Position numbers and translations under genes: made by a program
Assembly: GCA_024683455.1 (NCBI GenBank)
Contig: JAIKYE010000041.1
Location: 47,605-111,604, forward strand
Reading direction: 5' to 3'
Length of the DNA: 64,000 nucleotides
Origin: Bacteroidaceae bacterium
GTDB taxonomy: Bacteria > Bacteroidota > Bacteroidia > Bacteroidales > Bacteroidaceae
In this document: positions 61,267 to 64,000 of the stretch, one piece after another
Numbering within the stretch: the stretch's first letter is position 1
Layout: each line of letters opens with the position of its first letter
The notes under the pieces: model-generated
What the model was told of the DNA's origin: nothing
Seen by the model: only the letters and a program-made list of their open reading frames with translations
Database searches by the model: none

Positions 61267-61274
61267 CAAAATTA
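61267..61274 (-). promoter_or_regulatory. Bacteroidetes -7 box upstream of the carB leader
   Basis: TGTAATTTTGCACC on the minus strand has a TTTG about 22 nt upstream. It is the only good box between the upstream gene and carB. Confidence 0.55.
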
Positions 61275-61327
61275 CAACATAAATTAATACCCACAAAAAA
61301 ATCTGCGTTTTTTTTTCTTCACATCCA

Positions 61328-63832
61328 TTATTTTTTATCCATCAACACTTTCATCCAGTATCCGCCAATAACAGATCGGGCCTTAAAACCTGTCATCCAT
61401 CCCGTTTTAGTATCGTGCCAGTCAGAGATGGGAACACGGCTTTCTGTCTCATTGATGTACTTGTATAGTAGATCAACAAACTTCTTGAAGTCCTTGTCTG
61501 TCTGAGCCATAGCTGCTGTCCACATAATCCAGTCGCTCTTAGTATAATCCTTGCGACAGTCGAGGGGCAAACCATACTTGTTCTGCTTGGTTAGGTAATA
61601 CTTGATTTCTGTATGTATAGCGTTATTGGGGATGATGCCTGTGTTCCAAAGTTTATCCCATACCATATTATATTTTTGGCTCCAAGTATCATATCCTGCT
61701 CCGTATGCCAGTTCGTAGTGGTCTCCCACCTTTGTTTCTTTTTCCCAGACAGCAGCCATCTCCTTGGCTTTAGTATTATACCTTACATAAACATCATTTA
61801 GACCCTTCATCCTTGCTATTTCTGCATAACCTGCTACGCCCATGATGGCCTTAATAGCCAGATTACAATTGCCTGCCCAGTGACCGGCAAAGTCATCGGT
61901 GCACAATTGGTTGGCAGGATGCAAGCCGTTCTCTACCAGATAGTCCGCCCATGTGGTGATGATGTTCCAGTACTTATTAATATATAATGTATTACCTTCC
62001 TGCTTGCAGATTTGCGCCGCCAGGGTTATCATGTTACCAGCCTCTTCAAGGGGCATATCGCCACCATATACCTGTTTGTTGGCCTTAGGATATTGACCCA
62101 AATCGTGGGCTGCAAAAGGCTTGGTCCAACGACCTGTATAACTATACTCGAAGATAGAAGTCATCATACCTTTCTGCAACTCTGGGTTATAGCATAGATA
62201 CAGAGGAGCCTCAGGATATGTAAGGTCGACGGTATTCACGCAACCGTTTGAGTTATTCTCCTTTGAAAAGAAGAGCACATTTCCATCAGAATCCTTAAAG
62301 AGTTTGTGGGCAGCATTCACATGACGATAAGACCCACTCAGAATCTCAGCATACTTCACGCCACCAGAGGCAAAGGCATCGTCGTAGATGGTCTTATCCA
62401 TCTGACGACAACGTTTCATGATGCTGGCATAATTGTTGGACATACGGTCGAACATATCAAAGATGCTCACACTTCCATCATGTGCCCAATAGCCTTTGTA
62501 ACGCTTATAGAAGTATTCAATATCCCAAATCTCATCATAACCAATCATTGCAAAGCTGCTACCTTGCATAGTGGAGCCAAAATCATGCACATAAGCCAGC
62601 GTGGGCAAGGAAACCTGTTTCTGGCAAACCACTTCATGTTCTCCACGTGGCAAACGACCATCAGCCAAGAACTGTGTCTTTATATCGTTGTCTGATGCCA
62701 TAGAAAGATGACCATTCACACCTGATAGGTAAACGTATCCCCAGTCTATGCATATGCCGTCGCCCGTCTTAGCCAGAATGGGCTGCTCAATGGTTCCAGC
62801 CTTCAGATACTGCTTGTCATTCATGAAGACCTTGCTCGAAATGGTAGGTTGATGTACTTTATTCACAGCCATCTGAGGCGTGGTGGAAACATAAAACTGG
62901 ACATTATGCTTCTTCTCGTCAGTTGAACGTACTTGATAGGAGATGTAGTTGATAGGAGCGCTAAGCAAATCGTAATCGTCTATTATATGTGGAGCGGTAA
63001 ATACAACATCTAACTCCACAGGGCCACACGAAAATGTATAATAGGTGTTACAGGCCATCACATCCACACTCTTCTGCTTAGCGGTCTTAATGCTTTCGTT
63101 ACCCTTGGCAATGTTACGGAATATACCAAAGTCCACCAGTGCGCCACCCGTCTTATTATAACAATGTATAGCTAACACGTTCTTACCTTGCTTCAGCAGT
63201 TCTCGCTTCTCACCATCTAAACGGACTACCACCCCATCTACATAGTCCATGATACCTGTAGCGGCTTTCTTTCCATTGATGTAAATCTCGCAGGCATCGT
63301 CATGCGAGAATATAAGGTACAAGTCGCCTTGCAACTGGTCTGCTGTCAGATCCACAGTGCGACGCACCCAGATATTGTCATCTTCCTTAGTCCAAGGAGT
63401 TCTGATATTATCATAATTATCAGAACCAAAGGCACCCTTGCCACTCTTCCATGTCGATGCGTTAAAATCTGGCTTTTCCCATCCTTCTGATGGCTTCTCA
63501 CAGGTGTACTGTGCTTCCCACTCTGCCTCATTTGACATAGGAATAACACTCTCCATCAATGTCCGCTGGGCTGCACCCATCCAACGATAGGTGATGCCAT
63601 CAACACGCAAAAGGCCTTCCAGGGGCTTCTCGTCATTGGTCCAATGCCGAGTTGAGCCATCGGTAAGATTATCATAAGGACTCCAAACGGAGAAATAAGG
63701 ATCACTAACTATCAGGGGAACGCTGGGCAAACGCAAGTTAGTCTTTTTGTAAGGTTTGAACATTTCTTCACTCTGTGCCCACCCGAACATACATACTAAC
63801 GTAAGGGTAATGGTCAAGAAGTTTTTTTTCAT
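61328..63832 (-). CDS. glutaminase-A-like / DUF4965-DUF1793 family glycoside-hydrolase-like protein with an inserted jelly-roll domain
   Basis: The ATG at 63832 gives signal peptide MKKNFLTITLTLVCMFGWAQ. The family layout is N-terminal beta domains followed by an (alpha/alpha)6-like C-terminal region. Confidence 0.75.
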   Translation of the reverse strand: MKKNFLTITLTLVCMFGWAQSEEMFKPYKKTNLRLPSVPLIVSDPYFSVWSPYDNLTDGSTRHWTNDEKPLEGLLRVDGITYRWMGAAQRTLMESVIPMSNEAEWEAQYTCEKPSEGWEKPDFNASTWKSGKGAFGSDNYDNIRTPWTKEDDNIWVRRTVDLTADQLQGDLYLIFSHDDACEIYINGKKAATGIMDYVDGVVVRLDGEKRELLKQGKNVLAIHCYNKTGGALVDFGIFRNIAKGNESIKTAKQKSVDVMACNTYYTFSCGPVELDVVFTAPHIIDDYDLLSAPINYISYQVRSTDEKKHNVQFYVSTTPQMAVNKVHQPTISSKVFMNDKQYLKAGTIEQPILAKTGDGICIDWGYVYLSGVNGHLSMASDNDIKTQFLADGRLPRGEHEVVCQKQVSLPTLAYVHDFGSTMQGSSFAMIGYDEIWDIEYFYKRYKGYWAHDGSVSIFDMFDRMSNNYASIMKRCRQMDKTIYDDAFASGGVKYAEILSGSYRHVNAAHKLFKDSDGNVLFFSKENNSNGCVNTVDLTYPEAPLYLCYNPELQKGMMTSIFEYSYTGRWTKPFAAHDLGQYPKANKQVYGGDMPLEEAGNMITLAAQICKQEGNTLYINKYWNIITTWADYLVENGLHPANQLCTDDFAGHWAGNCNLAIKAIMGVAGYAEIARMKGLNDVYVRYNTKAKEMAAVWEKETKVGDHYELAYGAGYDTWSQKYNMVWDKLWNTGIIPNNAIHTEIKYYLTKQNKYGLPLDCRKDYTKSDWIMWTAAMAQTDKDFKKFVDLLYKYINETESRVPISDWHDTKTGWMTGFKARSVIGGYWMKVLMDKK

Positions 63833-63912
63833 TTCTTTTGTTAATAAATGGGTTAATTTGTTGTTTACGGCCGCGAAGTTACAAATAAATTCATTAAACC
63901 AGAAATTAATAA

Positions 63913-63939
63913 ACAAAAAAAGAAGCCTTATGGCTTCTT
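63913..63939 (-). terminator. terminator after tRNA-Met
   Basis: On the minus strand, AGAAGCC-ATAA-GGCTTCT is followed by TTTTTTGTTT. Confidence 0.75.
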
Positions 63940-63944
63940 CTTAG

Positions 63945-64000
63945 TTGCGGGGGTCCGACTCGAACGGGCGACCTCCAGGTTATGAGCCTGGCGAGCTACC
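63945..64000 (-). tRNA. tRNA-Met (anticodon CAT), initiator-like, 3' portion only; the 5' end lies outside the window
   Basis: The reverse complement reads GGTAGCTCGCCAGG-CTCATAA-CCTGG AGGTC GCCCG-TTCGAGT-CGGAC CCCCGCA A. The 3' acceptor strand plus discriminator CCCCGCAA is identical to that of E. coli tRNA-fMet. Confidence 0.8.

Overview
This window is a 64-kb stretch of a Bacteroidota chromosome, Bacteroidales and Prevotella-like judging by gene content and the recurrent TAnnTTTG promoter boxes. It is densely packed with housekeeping, glycogen and carbohydrate genes. I see no transposase, integrase, CRISPR array or rRNA. I call 44 protein genes (glgB is truncated at the left edge) and three tRNAs: Ser-GCT, Glu-CTC, and a partial initiator-like Met-CAT at the right edge. 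I also call one cobalamin riboswitch, 19 candidate Bacteroidetes-type promoter boxes, 10 hairpin terminators and two repeat elements. The items most worth a second look are these. (1) A five-gene operon runs SLC13/TrkA-C permease, cysC, cysD, cysN, then a PAPS-type sulfotransferase, with no sulfate-reduction genes in the window. It looks like a metabolite-sulfonation cassette. (2) A clear cobalamin riboswitch sits in front of a DASS/SLC13 anion transporter, which is an unusual regulon member. (3) An orphan, translationally coupled pair encodes an FdtA-like sugar ketoisomerase and a 720-aa fusion of a FemABX/GNAT-like acyltransferase domain to a DegT-type aminotransferase. It lies next to tRNA genes and has no other polysaccharide genes nearby. 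(4) A strong intrinsic terminator lies between the only good promoter box and the carB start codon, so it may be an attenuator. (5) A perfect 22-bp tandem duplication plus one degenerate copy, with a CACGTG-like core, sits in a 400-bp divergent intergenic region. (6) A secreted protein made almost entirely of low-complexity modules (a DPWY/GWY aromatic block, an S/R block and an RGG/FGG tail) is paired with a FadL-like beta-barrel. All calls come from reading the sequence and the supplied ORF translations. No searches or folding programs were run, so RNA-element boundaries and start codons are approximate.
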